Part shown: piece by piece, positions 32,791 to 45,785 of the stretch
Numbering within the stretch: position 1 is the first letter of the stretch
Layout: each line of letters starts with the position of its first letter
Origin: Phaeosaccion multiseriatum
Taxonomy: Eukaryota > Protista > Ochrophyta, other classes
Direction of reading: 5' to 3'
Length of the DNA stretch: 64,000 bases
Assembly: GCA_965112735.1 (NCBI GenBank)
Contig: OZ218959.1
Location: 1,612,001-1,676,000, forward strand
Program-made: the position numbers and the translations under genes
Notes under the pieces: generated by a model
Told to the model about the DNA's origin: nothing
The model's input: the letters and a program-made list of their open reading frames with translations, nothing else
The model's database searches: none

Positions 32791-33399
32791 AAATAATGCA
32801 AAAAATGGAAGGGAGGGAGTAAAGAGAACGCCAGGAGCAGAGGAGTGAGTACCAGGGTAGAGGAGGGTAGCAGGGGGTGAAGAGTAGTGAGGCTTTCACG
32901 CGTACAGCCGCGAGCGGGAACTCAGGAGAGCTGGTGCCCCTAATCAGGTCCGAGCGAGGACACGGTGAAGAGTGTTGATCATAAGGACCGAGGCCTGGGG
33001 TCTTTTCTGTCCGACCAAGCCCTCCAATTACGCTACTCACCACGGGCCTCCAGGGCCTCGTTCCTCTCTTGCTCGCTGCACACCATGTTTGTTGAAGAAA
33101 GATTGTCACCCCGGCGCCATCTGTGAATAATACTACGAATTTCGAATAATACGCACGACCACGACGGAAACACGGCAACAGCAGCAGCCAGCCAGCCAAC
33201 CTCCTTTAAGCTAAGAGGCTTGTTTGTGACTTGTACTCACCCCATTTACATATACATCTATAGCCCTCGCCTTTCAACCACCCCCCGACCCTCTTCCCTT
33301 CCTCCTCCTGCCTGTGACCTCCGGGGCTCTTCATGTCCGCTCCCTCCTCCCTCCTCTTCTCCCTCCAACACTCTCCATCCTCCACCTTCTGACACTTCA

Positions 33400-35242
33400 T
33401 CACATCACCACGCAGCTGTCCGTCACCAGCTTCTCCAACTTCTTCCTCTTGGGTGTACACCCACTCCCACTACCCACTTCCACACTGCCACTGCTCTCCT
33501 TCCTCTTCCTGCTCCCCGCTACCCCACGACCACCACCGCTGCCCCCAGCCGCGGCGTCCCTCGCCTCCTTCTCTGCTCGCTGGATCTTCTCTGCGCGGAC
33601 GTCTCCCCCCGGGCGAATGACAAGGTTGTGCAGCCCAATGTCGCTGACTTGACTATCGGAGAGTCGGGTGAACGCTTCGCCGTCGTCTACCGCCGTGAGC
33701 ACTGCATTGTATCTTCGGATAGAGGAGGGTAGGAGAGGAGAGGAGAGGAGAGGAGAGGAGAGGAGAGGAGAGGAGAGGGGAGGGGAGAGGAGGGAATGGG
33801 AGGGAAGGAGGGGAGTGGAGGGAGGGAGGGGTGGCAGAGAGGGAGGGAGGGAGGGAGAGGGTGGGACATGAGTAGACGGAGGGAGGGAGCGAGGGGTGGG
33901 TAAGAGAAGAGAAACGAGGTGAGGGTTGGGGAGGGGGTGGGGTGAGAGCATGGACAGCATGTGCCCCTCTGCCTAATCTCTAGTCTAGTGCGGTGTGGCC
34001 GCCTGTGGCCCTACCCTACGTGCTCACCTGTCGCTATCCGGGCACTCCACGTAGAGATTCTCGTCGTCCACCCAATGGAAGTGCATACTGTTCTCCCCCT
34101 CCTTCAAGAACTGCTTAAAGATCTTAGAGAAGTGGTGTTGGCGAGCACTCACAGGGAACTGGAAAGAGAAAGGGAAAGGGAAAGGGAAGGGGTGGGGGCG
34201 GAGGGTGGTTTGGGTGGGTGTGGGGAGGGAGGGAAGGGAGGGGGGGAGGGAAGGGGTGGGTGGGTGAGATACCGAAAAGGCAATGAGAGGGGGAGGGAAA
34301 GTGATCGGATACGGGAGGACGGTACGGAGGAAGACAGACAGACAGACAGACAGACAGGTAAAGAGAGAGGCAAGAAGTACAGCAACCGCACCAAGCACTC
34401 CCTCCCTCCCTCCCTCACTCCCTCCTCACTCCCTCCCTCACTCACTCCCTCACTCACCCCGCTGACCGCCAAAAAGAGCTCGAAGTTTCTCTCCCTGGAG
34501 GGGCCGGGGAGCGAATACGCCGCGTCGCCAAGCCTGAACATGGGCACTCTCCCTGCATACTCGGCCAAGGGGTGGGCAGGGTCACGCACGGAGTCAGACA
34601 GGCGCCTTGTGTCACCTGCGGACAGAGACACGCCTCTGCACGAGGCAGCAGCGGCGAACACCACTCCTGCATTGCATGGGGAGAGGGGAGGAAGAAAGGC
34701 AAGGCCATGTGGCAGAGTCGTGGACGGAGGTGAGACGCACGCACGCACACACGCATGTAAGGTAGTAGGTACATGGGGCGAGGGGAAGAGAGGAAGAGAG
34801 CAGGATGAGGATACGATAGAGAGAGAGAGTGGGAGGTTGGAGGATATGTGGGGTTAGTTAGAGGTATATGGGGATGGCTGGAGGCGTAAGGGGGGCTAGA
34901 ACAGAGGAGTAGAGGTGTATGGGCTAGAATAAGGTGTATGGGCGACAGTAAACATACGATGGGTACAGTAGAACGTACGTACCCGTCAGATACGCGTCAT
35001 AAGCCGCCTCGTGCTCGAAAGACACATCCTGTCCACATCCCCCCTCTCCTCCTCCTCCTCCTCCTGTTGCTGCTGCTTCTGCCCCCTCTCCTTCCTGCGC
35101 GTATCGCTCAAAGCCATCTGCGAAGGAAGCAATCCAGGACATGCCCTCTAGACCGGCTTCTTTGGCAACGTCGGGCTCGTCCTGTGGGGGAATGGCAGTG
35201 GAGGGGGGGGGGCGAGATGGGGTTGAGACAGACAAGACACAC

Positions 35243-35275
<33 letters not shown>

Positions 35276-38200
35276 CACAGGAGAGAAAGCAGACAGACAG
35301 ACGGACAGACACACACACAACCACAAGTCAACAAGAGACAGCGCAGCAGCCAGCGATGCGTGCGCTGACTTAACCCACCCCCTCCCTCCCTCCCTCCCTC
35401 CCTCCCTCTCTTACCGTGGCCACTCTCTTGAGTGCTGCCATGGCGTGTCCAAGCGTGGTGCTGTCGAACTTGAGCTCGTCACGCACGGCCTGCAGCACCA
35501 CCTGAGAGGTAGAGGGAGGGAGGGGGAGGGGGAGGGAAGGAAGGAGGGGAGGGGAAAAGGGAGAAAACGAGAGAGAGAGTGGGGGGGGGTGATAGGGTGG
35601 CGGGTGGGTGAAGGCGGGTGGGAGCGATGGGAAGGGAAGTGAAGTCAAGAGTGTCCACCCTACTCTACCTTGCCATATCCTCCCCTCCCCTCCCCTCCTC
35701 CTCCCCTCCCATCCCCCTCCCATCCCCCTCCCCTTCTCCTCCCATTCTCCTCCCCTCCCCTCCCCTCCTCTTCCCCTCCCATCCCCCTCCCCTCCCCTCC
35801 TCCTCCCATCCCCCTCCCCTCCCCTCCCCTTCTCCTCCGGTTCTCCTCCCCTCCCCTCCTCCTCCCATCCCCCTCCCCTCCCCTCCCCTTCTCCTCCCCT
35901 CCCGTTCTCCTCCCCTTCTCCTCCCGTTCTCCTCCTCTCCCCTCCCCTACCTTGGAGTCTACCAGCAGAGGGAACAAGTCGTGGAGCTTTGCGGTGGCCT
36001 CTTGGTGTGAGTCAGGAAGGGGCCCAACGAATTTGTCGTAGGTATGGAGGAGATCGAGTTGGCTGTTGTGTGCCACCACCACCTTACCGCACTTTGAGAG
36101 ACAGTCGATGACACGCCTGCAGAGAGAGAGGGGGGGAGGGGGAGGGTAGGTAGGTAGGTGCAAGAGAGGCGGGGAAGAGATGGAGGGTAGGTAAGTGTCA
36201 GAGGGGGGATACAGGTGGAGACAGGTATGTGTGTGCGAGAGGGGAAGGCCGGGGGGGGAGGATGCGAAGGCGCCAATAGAAGGACTTTTCTCTCTCTCCC
36301 CCCACCCACATGAAACTGAAAACTGAAACAGTTACCCCCCTCCATACATACATAACTCTGTACGGTAACTCCTTACGTAAGTTACATATGTCACGTACCG
36401 GAAGCCCACTGCGTCGTCCACTTCCTTCTTGAATTCGGTTGCGCTCTCCTCCTCCAAACGCTTGGCCTCTGCCGCCTTGTCCTCTGCAGACGAGCAGCGG
36501 ACGATCCTCAGGCGTTGCCAAGACCGTCCGTTGTCTTCCTCCACCCTCCCCACCAGGTACCTTGACCCCTGAGGGAGGGGATGGCAGTAGATGGGATCGA
36601 GGGAGGGAGGGAGGAAGAGAGGAAGAGAGGGAGAGAGCAGTGGTAGATAGAGGGGAGGGCAGGAAGGGAGGGATGGAGGGAGAGGTAGGGGAGGAATGTA
36701 GGGAGGGAGGGAGGGAGGGAGGGAGGGAGGGAGGGAGGGAGGGAGAGGGGTACGTAGGTTTGTGAGGGAGGTGCAGCTTCACCAGCAAGTGCAATAAGTA
36801 GAAGAGCTTAGCACCAAAAGTCCCCACCCCATCCCCCGTCCCACCTACCTCCTTGTCTCCGAGCAGCCTGTTGACGAGCATCCTCCTGTAACTGTTCATG
36901 GACGGCAACACCATTGATGAGCGCCCGGCTGCATCCGTCTCCGTCTCCACCTCTGGGTGAGTCGCAGCAGCGGCATTGTCTGCACTACCCTTGGCAGCAG
37001 CAGTTGGTGATACATCAGCGGTACCGTTGGCTGGGGCCTTGCTCTCCTCCGACAGCCCAACAGCAGTAGCAGCATCCTCATCATCATCATCACCAAGCGG
37101 CAGGCCAGCGCCCAGCATCCTCTGTGTGTCTGCCCACCAGTCTTCGTCGGCACCCCCAACTTTGATCTCTCCATTGCCATTGCCGTTTCCAGACTGCCAT
37201 AATAATATCATTTTTCGTTCCAAACAAAAATAAAAAGTCGGGAGGAAGGACGACCGTTATTGTTGTTGGTTGGCAAGTGGGTGGGTTTGAGGGGGGTTTA
37301 TGGGAATGGAGAAATGGGGATCGGAGAAAATGACAGCAAATGGCAGGCGAGCGAGAAGGTAGGGGTGTCAGAGGTGGAAGAAAAGATGTAAAATGAGTGT
37401 GCGTGGGGTGTGCGGTCACTTCGTTGTGGAAAGAGAGAAACAGGGGGATGAGTGAAGAAGCCCCTCGACAGCCCTCATAGGAGGGTGTCACAAATATATA
37501 CGATATTATAAATAGACAAAAGGGGCGTTGAGCTGGCTAGCTTCACATCATAAGAGAGATTCATACTCACCGATCGTTCTCTCTCCTTATTCCTCTTGTG
37601 CTGCTCCCAGACCTTGTTCTCACAAGCCTGGCTCAGGAACGGAATGCCCTTGCTTCCCCACTTCCCGAAGTCGAATCCGTGTCTGTGCGATTCATTGGCA
37701 CAAGTCCATCAGGGCCCGCAGGGACGAGGGACGGGGGCGGGTGGGGTTGAGAGGAAGGCCCAGGAAAGGTGCAGGAAGAGGAGGCAGTCTCTTGTCCTCC
37801 GCCGAATGCGTATACCTTCATCACCCACACGCCTTCACCACGCAAGTCAAATCGATACAGTACAAGGAAGGGACACACCCACCCGTTCAGGAAGTCCATT
37901 GAAGAGGCCTGCAGGAAAGCGAGGAAGGAAGGGAGGAAGGGAGGAAGGAAGGAAGGAAGGAAGGAAGGAAGGAAGGAAGGAAGGCAGGGAGGGAGGGGCG
38001 AGGAAAGGGGGGATGGGATGGGATGGTGGGATGGGATGGGAGGGGAGGGGAGGGGGGGGAAGGGAAGGGAAGGGAAGGAGGAAAGGAAGGGAGCGAGGGA
38101 AGGGCGTGTACATTGCCGAGTGGTTAGACATCGCAAGCTTTCTAACACTTCTCTTATTAGGACGCCCTTCCCTCCCCTCCCCTCTTGAATCAACACGCAC

Positions 38201-38921
38201 CTCACATAAGAACTTCTTGTTAAAGTCCTTCCTAAATGGCTTTGGGAACACTTTTGCGAAGACGAGCGAGGTTGCAAAGTGGCAAGGGGGAAGAAGTAGG
38301 AGAGGATCAGTAGGGGGGGGAGGGGGTGGTGCACCAGCACGCTTGGGCAAGGGAGAAGTTCTTGACGCACCGTAGCAGTTGAAGGGGCTGGCCATCAGCG
38401 CGCCGTCCACCCACTTGAAGCAGCATACGCCGTACTGCATAACCATGTACTCCTCGGCTGCTGCCTTTGCCATCTCATACCTCTCCTGAAGAGGGCAAGA
38501 GCAGCGGCATGGTGTACACAGTACACAGTACGTCAGCAGCAGCAGCAGCAGCAGCAGCAGAAATAGGACACCGTGGTGGAGAGAGCACGTCAGCAGTCGC
38601 AGCAGCAGGTTGGGGAGGCAGAGGAAAAGGAATCTTTCATGGGTACCTTGCCAGGATGGTTTATTTCTGGCATACTTCGCCTCCTTGGGTCACATCCTCA
38701 CCTGAATAGTATCTACCGGAGTGAGGCGCCGGTCCTTACTCCCCTGCAGCCCTGTGAACTGTATGGAGGGGCAAGAGCAAGCTCAGATTAGAGTGGGGTG
38801 GGATGGCGCGCTTTGAACTGCAATCTCTCACCTCGGTGTCGATCGCAACAAAGTCCGCGTCCCCGATGGCCGCCAAGATCTTCTCCTCCACCTCCGCGTA
38901 ATTGTCTCTCGTAACCTCCAT
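33400..38921 (-). CDS. PARN: Poly(A)-specific ribonuclease PARN-like (CAF1/DEDDh family), more than 10 exons
   Basis: MEVTRDNY...ADFVAIDTE/FTGL, QYGVCCF, PFNCY/VFP, ASSMDFL/GFDFGKW..GIPFLS, R3H-like MNSYRRMLV, VVVAHNSQLDLLH...PLP, EHEAAYDAYLTG, RRM-like HFHWVDDE; ends KRKKLEKLVTDSCVVM*. Confidence 0.9.
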
Positions 38922-39485
38922 CCTGCTTGGCTGGACGGGTTGATGTAAGGAGGGAGGGGCGAGAGAGGTATTTGATTTTTGAAAAGAAAGCTGAAACTCA
39001 AACTGGGCCTCACAAACACTTCTGGGGTCTACTCTTCTTCTCTCCCTCTCTTCTCCCTTTCACCACATCACCACTGACTACGTGCATCAATCTCTCTCAA
39101 GTCCAGCACCAGCACCCCGTCTGCTCCGAGCACACGCTATTGTGATAAATCGATGCCTACACTGGATATCGATCTATACATCGCTGGTCCTTCATCTGTC
39201 GGCGCAGCTATCTCCCGCAAACAACTTCATCCCTCCATCGAGTATCAGAAGTCGAGAGAGAAAGGTCGAGGTCTGTCCCTGCTTGCCCGAAAAGGCCCAC
39301 CGCCGGAAGGGCCGGGGGGAGGGAGGGGCTTCCACAGTTCTCCCTTGCCGTTGCTCTCCCCTCCTGCCGCAATTGCTGCCACTTTGTTGCTGCTGCCACT
39401 TTGCTGCTGCCACTCCGTTTGCCATTGCTCGCGGATGTCACAATGCCAGAGTGGTCGGAGCGCGGTGACTCTGACTCCGGTGCAC

Positions 39486-39523
<38 letters not shown>

Positions 39524-39683
39524 CCACCATCATCGTCATTCTTGAGCACGTGGCCGAGACAGATGCGAGGAGGGAGGGCAAGCGGTCGCCACACGGGCCC
39601 AATTGCAGCGGCCCTTGTCCCTCGCTGCTTGCCACTGCTGATGCAAGAGGCCCACTACCGAGGACAGGTCACGCTGGAAAGAA

Positions 39684-41774
39684 TCACTCGCCGCCTTCTC
39701 CTTCTCCTTCGCGTGAGCGAAATTGCTGGTACACTGCCCTGCTCAGGTTGCCAACAGCCGGGCCTCCCAGAAAGTACACAGGAGGTATCCAACTCGCCAC
39801 ACCGAGGAAGTCCGCCTTGCAGCCCCATCGCAAAGAGAAGCACAGACAACGAGAGAACAAAGAGGAGAACGCAGTTGCAGTTTCAGCGTGCAGGTTGGAT
39901 CTCCGATTCAAATCAACCTTCTCGATATCGATAGGCTCCAGAGCTCTCATGAGCGCTTCCAAGAATAAGAGAGCGAGAGAGAGAGAGGAAGGAAGGAAGG
40001 AAGGAAGGAAGGAAGGAGGGGGGGGTGGAGGTCCAAATCTTGCCTTTGTGCAAACCAAACCCTGTGTGAAGGACCCACAGAGTCTGGCCCCAACCAACCA
40101 GGTTCACTGCACCCTCCCACCCACCCATCCACCCACCCATCCACCCACCTGGAGGTAGTGGTAGTTGTTGATAGTGTTGATGAGGCCGATTTCGATGCCT
40201 GGTCCCCCGATGGCCGTCATGAGCGCCACGATGAGCCCCGCGCGTGTGCGATCAAACAGCCCGAAGCCCAAGGCTGCGAGGACACCTGTTATGGCGAATA
40301 TGTCGCCAGCGGTGACCGAGTCGTGCTGCAACGACAGGAGCCCGCTCATGTAGTACTGAAAGAACAAGTAAAGCAAAGCCCAAAACCAATGGACAGAAAG
40401 GGTGAGCAAGACACGGACCAGGATGGGGGGGAGGTAGGAGTTAAGGAACATGGTGGTGGAGGGGGGGGAATCCGGGGTGGGGAAGCTGCACATCTCTTCC
40501 AGGTGAGAGAGAGAGCAAGAGGGAGAGAGAGAGAGAGACAAGGCACAGAAGGGGCGTGTGTGTTCTTTGGGCCCTTGACTTGACGCACCTGTGTGCTGAA
40601 GGCGGAGATGCAGAGCAGCACGGCCGGCCAAGAGGGACTCCGCTTGGCGAGGGGGGTGCCTAGCACTTGGTCAAACATCAGGTACAGCCCTCCGATACCA
40701 AACCCAGCCACGCCAAAGAGGAAGGGCACCCACCACGCCTGTGCAGTGAGTGAGTGGGTGGGTGGGTAGGTTAAGCGAGTGAGTGACTGATGAGTGAGCA
40801 CATGAGAGAGAGACACCATACTCTTGTCGCGGAAGAAGCAAAGCAAAACATCCCTCCCTTTCTTATTAAAGGGGGTAGGGTGAAGTACCGCTAATTAAAA
40901 GAGGAAGGGCGTCTGCTTTTTAAAAAGATTCAGGCCTTAAGCCTTCCAAGACGCCATCATACCCACTCCATCTCTCTCCGATTTCAAGCTCTACCACTGC
41001 TACTTCGCCCTCCCCCCCCACCCTCCCACCCTCCCTCACCGTGGTCAAGATGAGATGGCCTTGTTCAGAGAACAGAGGCGGCCGCCGAACGAGATAGGAT
41101 GGGGAAGACAAGTCGCACGCAAAGAAGGGGCAACGTTCAAACAAGCCGTTTACAGAGAGAAGAGAGTGAGATGATGTGCCAAATATCCTTGGAACGAAGT
41201 GCATGCACAACTCATCGGGTTGAGATGACTCCACAGAGAGCCCCAGCACCACTTCCTCACCTCCCACCACCACGTTGATCGGGTGATCGTACTGTAGAAC
41301 CTTGAACTGGCTGTGGTCTTCGTAGGTACGCGACAAGCACCACCAAAGGGAGGACAGAGGACATGGGATAGGGGTGAATGATCCAAGGCATAGAGTGGTG
41401 ATGCTCGTACCTCCCCGGTTTTCCATGTAGCACGTATGGTTCATCGCTCTTGCCGATAACTTACAATTGTCGAGCTGGGGTCCGAGCAAGGCGCCACAGA
41501 GCGCCATTACAGGCAACGTACGCCTGAAAGACGGGTCTCTTAGCAAGGTCGACAAGAGCGCTCCATTCCCACCTTCCTTGCCTCCCAGCTGCGGCTGTTG
41601 CTCCTGCTGCAGCTTCTGCTCTCGCCCCCCCTCCCATCCCCCCTTCCTTCTCATTTGGATGTCGTGAGTGCGTCGTGTGGGAGCAAGCGAGTGAACGAAC
41701 GCGCTACTCTGCCGGGCCTGGGTTGCCGCCACCCACCCAGCGCCGAGCACGAGTAGGCACAGCCGGAAAAGCAT
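39684..41774 (-). CDS. INSIG-like integral membrane protein of the plant/algal type, with a probable bipartite plastid-targeting leader
   Basis: Signal peptide MLFRLCLLVLGAGWVAATQA followed by SSA-FVH; GALLGPQLDN/YHSQFKVLQYDHP, TT/AWWVPFLFG, AIGGPGIEIGL...YHY, ADFLGVASWIPPVYFLGGPAVGNLSR. Confidence 0.7.
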
Positions 41775-41926
41775 CCCTCTCTTCTCAACGCTTGCTCCGT
41801 TGTGATTGAGCTCCCGCGACTGCCCGCCGCGGTGATTATTCATTGACTTTTTATCTCTTGGGCGTGTTGGTGCTGGGAATATCAATTGGCGACGTTTTTA
41901 ATTCTCTTTTCCACTACACTTTACGA

Positions 41927-43885
41927 TCATGGGAGGTGGCTCTCAAGGTAAATAAGTATCCCACTCGATCCGATCCCAATAAGCACAGAGACGACATAGG
42001 ATGAAGTGACGTGGAAGCTGTAGACGTTCCACACCAAGGGGCGCTTGTGGACGAAGTCAATGAAACCTCCCTGGCCTCCCAAACAGGCGAAGTCGCCGTC
42101 TGCAGTCTGTAGAGTCAACTCCTCGCCTCTGGTCCTGGCTCTTCCATTGAAGGTACTCAATGCGGCGAGTACAGTCAGGAGCACCGTTGCCCCTACGGCA
42201 GCCCAATACAAGTAGGTCGGTTCCTTGCTCACAAGGTACCCAACAAAGCCCAGCAAGAGCACAAGAGTAGCCACAGACATGGCGGAGAAGAGGAAGGGAG
42301 ACCACTTTCTGGATGTCTCGAGTAGCACCTTCCGAATGGCGAGGTATTCCTCCTGGAGGGTCGCCGTGCTGGTCAGCTTTCGTTTGTTTTTCAAAGTGGT
42401 GTAGGTAGGGACGCTCTTGGTCCGAAAACTGAAAATCAGCTCGTGAAAGATCTCCGCATGACATGTGTGGACGATGCAGCTGATAAAAAACCACACCAGA
42501 AAGACTGTCGGTATGGTGAAGGCGAAGAAGTATCCAACGGGGGCGACAACGTAGTACAAGATGATCTCCCCTTTCTTGTACCCCAAGTCTTCACTCCAAT
42601 ACGCGTCTGACTCGCCGAACTCAAGAATGGGGTCTAGAGTCGCGGTGATAAACAAGGTGAGCCCGAGAAACCCACAGATGAGCGCCACACGTGGAAGCCA
42701 CTTATCGCACCAGTACTTAACATGCACCTCTCGCCAGCTGTCCCCTGGACACATCTCAGTTGACGTCAAGGAAGAGGGGCATTTGCCCATCCTTTTAGGC
42801 TTGTTACGCTTGTTAGCCTTGCCAGGGTATCGCTTATTGAGCTTCCTAATACAGTAGCCCGCTCTCACGTCCAATAGAATGCCTTCCAGCACCGCTATAC
42901 ATGAGAACTTGCAGCCGGGCGGGGGCCCTCCGTTCTGGCCATAGCGGCTCTTCAACACAACAAAAGTACGTGTTTTGTCCATGGGAACCCCCTTCTCGTT
43001 TCGCGCTTCCCGTTGCTGAAGGATGCCTGAGCGGACAGCCCAGCCGACCAATACAGAAACACTGGAAAAAATTACGGCGCCGTAGATCGCGTGGTGGGAC
43101 CTATCGCTTTCCGCAGACCTATCGCTTTCCGCAGACCTATCGCTTTCCGCAGTGTCCACGAAAGAGCAAATATCCATGACCGAAACGATGATCAGTGCCA
43201 CCGCTGCCAACAAACACACAGCGGGGTGATGAAGAAGCTGTGTCAGCCGCAGAAGGACGAAGACAGGCCAGGAAGACGTGAGCTGGGACTTATACTTTCC
43301 ACAACGACACGACACACCATCATCCTCGTCCCATTTTTCACCCTCCTCATACTCCTCCTCGTCGTCTTCCTCCCCCTCCTCCTCCTCTTCTTCTTCTTCT
43401 TCTTCTTCTTCTTCTTCTTCTTCTTCTTCTTCTTCTTCTTCTTCTTCTTCTTCTTCACTGTACCCCCCCTCCGCGGCAAGCCTTTTTTGTTTGGCCTTGA
43501 AACAGTCGAAGTTTTTTCTTTTTCCAGTCTGGAGTGCTACCTTAATGTTGTTCAAGGTGCGGGGCCACAGCTTCTCCTTATCTGATTTGTGGATGTCGAT
43601 TCCACTAATCACTATATGGCCCCATATCTCCTCGAACAGGAAGGGCTTCTTCTCCTTCCTTTGCTCGTGTACCAGTCGGTCCGCCTTGCCGTCCCCCTGC
43701 TCATGGACGGTACTGCAGTGCTTCTGGGTCCTCAGCACTATATTTTCTCCACGAAGCTCAAGAGGAGCAAAGGGGAGCATCTCCCAGCTTCGTTGGCGGA
43801 AGGGGGAGGGAAGAGCTCTCTTTCCCCCCTCCTCCGTAGTGCCAACTGTGACTTGAAGCACCAACGGTTTAGCGTTTCTCATCAT
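41927..43885 (-). CDS. Intronless multi-pass membrane protein, gustatory-receptor-like / DUF3537-like 7TM ion-channel candidate
   Basis: ~7 hydrophobic helices; EEYLAIRKVLLETSRKWSPFL and FIDFVHKRPLVWNVYSFHVTSSYV resemble DUF3537/GRL TM4-5 and pre-TM7 motifs; polyE tract and an 18-bp x3 repeat (AESDRS). Confidence 0.6.
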   Translation of the reverse strand: MMRNAKPLVLQVTVGTTEEGGKRALPSPFRQRSWEMLPFAPLELRGENIVLRTQKHCSTVHEQGDGKADRLVHEQRKEKKPFLFEEIWGHIVISGIDIHKSDKEKLWPRTLNNIKVALQTGKRKNFDCFKAKQKRLAAEGGYSEEEEEEEEEEEEEEEEEEEEEEEEEEEGEEDDEEEYEEGEKWDEDDGVSCRCGKYKSQLTSSWPVFVLLRLTQLLHHPAVCLLAAVALIIVSVMDICSFVDTAESDRSAESDRSAESDRSHHAIYGAVIFSSVSVLVGWAVRSGILQQREARNEKGVPMDKTRTFVVLKSRYGQNGGPPPGCKFSCIAVLEGILLDVRAGYCIRKLNKRYPGKANKRNKPKRMGKCPSSLTSTEMCPGDSWREVHVKYWCDKWLPRVALICGFLGLTLFITATLDPILEFGESDAYWSEDLGYKKGEIILYYVVAPVGYFFAFTIPTVFLVWFFISCIVHTCHAEIFHELIFSFRTKSVPTYTTLKNKRKLTSTATLQEEYLAIRKVLLETSRKWSPFLFSAMSVATLVLLLGFVGYLVSKEPTYLYWAAVGATVLLTVLAALSTFNGRARTRGEELTLQTADGDFACLGGQGGFIDFVHKRPLVWNVYSFHVTSSYVVSVLIGIGSSGILIYLESHLP

Positions 43886-43911
43886 TTCACGACTGAAATT
43901 ATACTTCCCAA

Positions 43912-45290
43912 ATGACCTTGCATCCTAGCGCCGGACATCGGAGGCATAGGAGCGGATCGGGGGGGTTCTGCGGCGGCTCGACTGTGCCTAGAAGCTACCA
44001 CCGACGAAGTAGCAGCCTCAATGTCGCACCTCTCTCAGGCGAAACAAAGGGGGCCCCCTTCCGAAGACATAGGATTCTTCACGAGAAGCAGCACAGGTTG
44101 CAGCAAGAGCAGGCGAGGGAGCAAGGCTTAGCTAGGCGGTACAGCGAGGGAGAAGGGGAGAGCAGTAGCAGCAGAAGGCACGAGCAGAGGAACCAGAAAG
44201 AGTCTCGAACAAAGGGGGGTACCCCGGAGGATCACCACCTTTCCCGCCTCCAATCGCTTGCCCCGCCGTCGTTATCCTTGGCACCTCCATCACTTGTGAG
44301 GGAGCGCAGCAGCAAAGAAAACATCGGCCTCGGAGATTGGGAGAATTGCCTCAACAGCTTGTTACGGACAGACAGCAAAAGCCTGCTGCCCCCGATAGCG
44401 TCTGGCAGTGGAACGAAATCCTCCTCAGGCGAAGAAGAAGATGCCGGGGACTCCCTCGCTTCCTCTTTGCTGTCGTCTTCATCCTCACCACTTTCTGTGG
44501 CGCAGATACTAGACGCCGTGGGGTGTGTCGATCTAAACAAGGCCGTCCTCAGCCTCGGGAATGCCCTACGCGCAAGGGAGCGAGCCGCCAAGAGGAGGCA
44601 AACCCTCGAGGAGGCCGCAATAGCTGCGCTTGAAAGGGCTCGGGGAGAGCACAGGGGAGTCAAAGATGGGACCCCTCGTCAGCAGCAGCAGATGGGGCAG
44701 GAGGCTGACGAGGAGGGAGTGGATAGAGGGTCTCACCACCCCCTGGTCAAGACGCCTCACGGCCGTCTCATCGAGGCAGTGCTTCACTGGTGTGACAAAG
44801 ACACAAACCAACAGAGATTAGGAGGAGACTCCGAAATCCATAAGGGGGGGGCGCCCGCTCCTCCGCAAGGCGAAAGGCATGACAACACCAACACCAACCG
44901 CAGCAGTAGCAGCAGCAGCAACAGCAGCAGCAACAGCAGCAGTGGCGCCAGCTCCGACAGGGAAGTGAAGTTGAGAGTCACCGGAAATCAGCTCGACGTG
45001 CCGGACAAGAGTGGGCTGTCGGTGGAAGAGCTGACAGCGCAAGTGGCAATGTGGAGGAAGAAGTATGAGGCACAAGTTGTCGCCGCAGACGCAGCCAGCA
45101 AGGACCGAAAGACTATCGGCAAGCTGAGCCTCAAAGCGCAGACGGCTGAGATGAGCAAGAAGGCAGCTCTAGGGGAGGTCAGGAAGCTTCGACAGAGGTT
45201 GGAGGCTGTGGAGACCAGGGCCGCTGAGGCCGAGAGCAGAGCCGCTGATGCCGAGGAGGAGGTGTGTGTGGGGGTGTGGATGTGGGTGTG

Positions 45291-45360
<70 letters not shown>

Positions 45361-45709
45361 TGGGTAGGTGTCTGTCTGTGGGGTGTGCGATCTGGAGTCC
45401 TTTGAGACAAGGCCCACCCTCGCTGATCTCGTCTCCGTGCCCCCTGACTCCTTCATGCTTGGTCATGTATACATACTTGTGTGTATATGTATTCATGTGT
45501 GTCCACAGGCGGCGGCGGCCAAGAACACCTCGGCTGCCCTGCGAGGCGAACGGGACGTGGCCAACGCTGAGCTCGAGAAGCACAAGATCTCCACCGCGCA
45601 GCTCAACGAGCTGGCCCCTCTGCAGGTGAGTCAAGTAGTCGGTGACGTGTGTGTGATGTCCCCGAGGCCGGCGACGGCGAACAAACGACATGATGTGTGC
45701 GCGCGCGTG

Positions 45710-45785
<76 letters not shown>

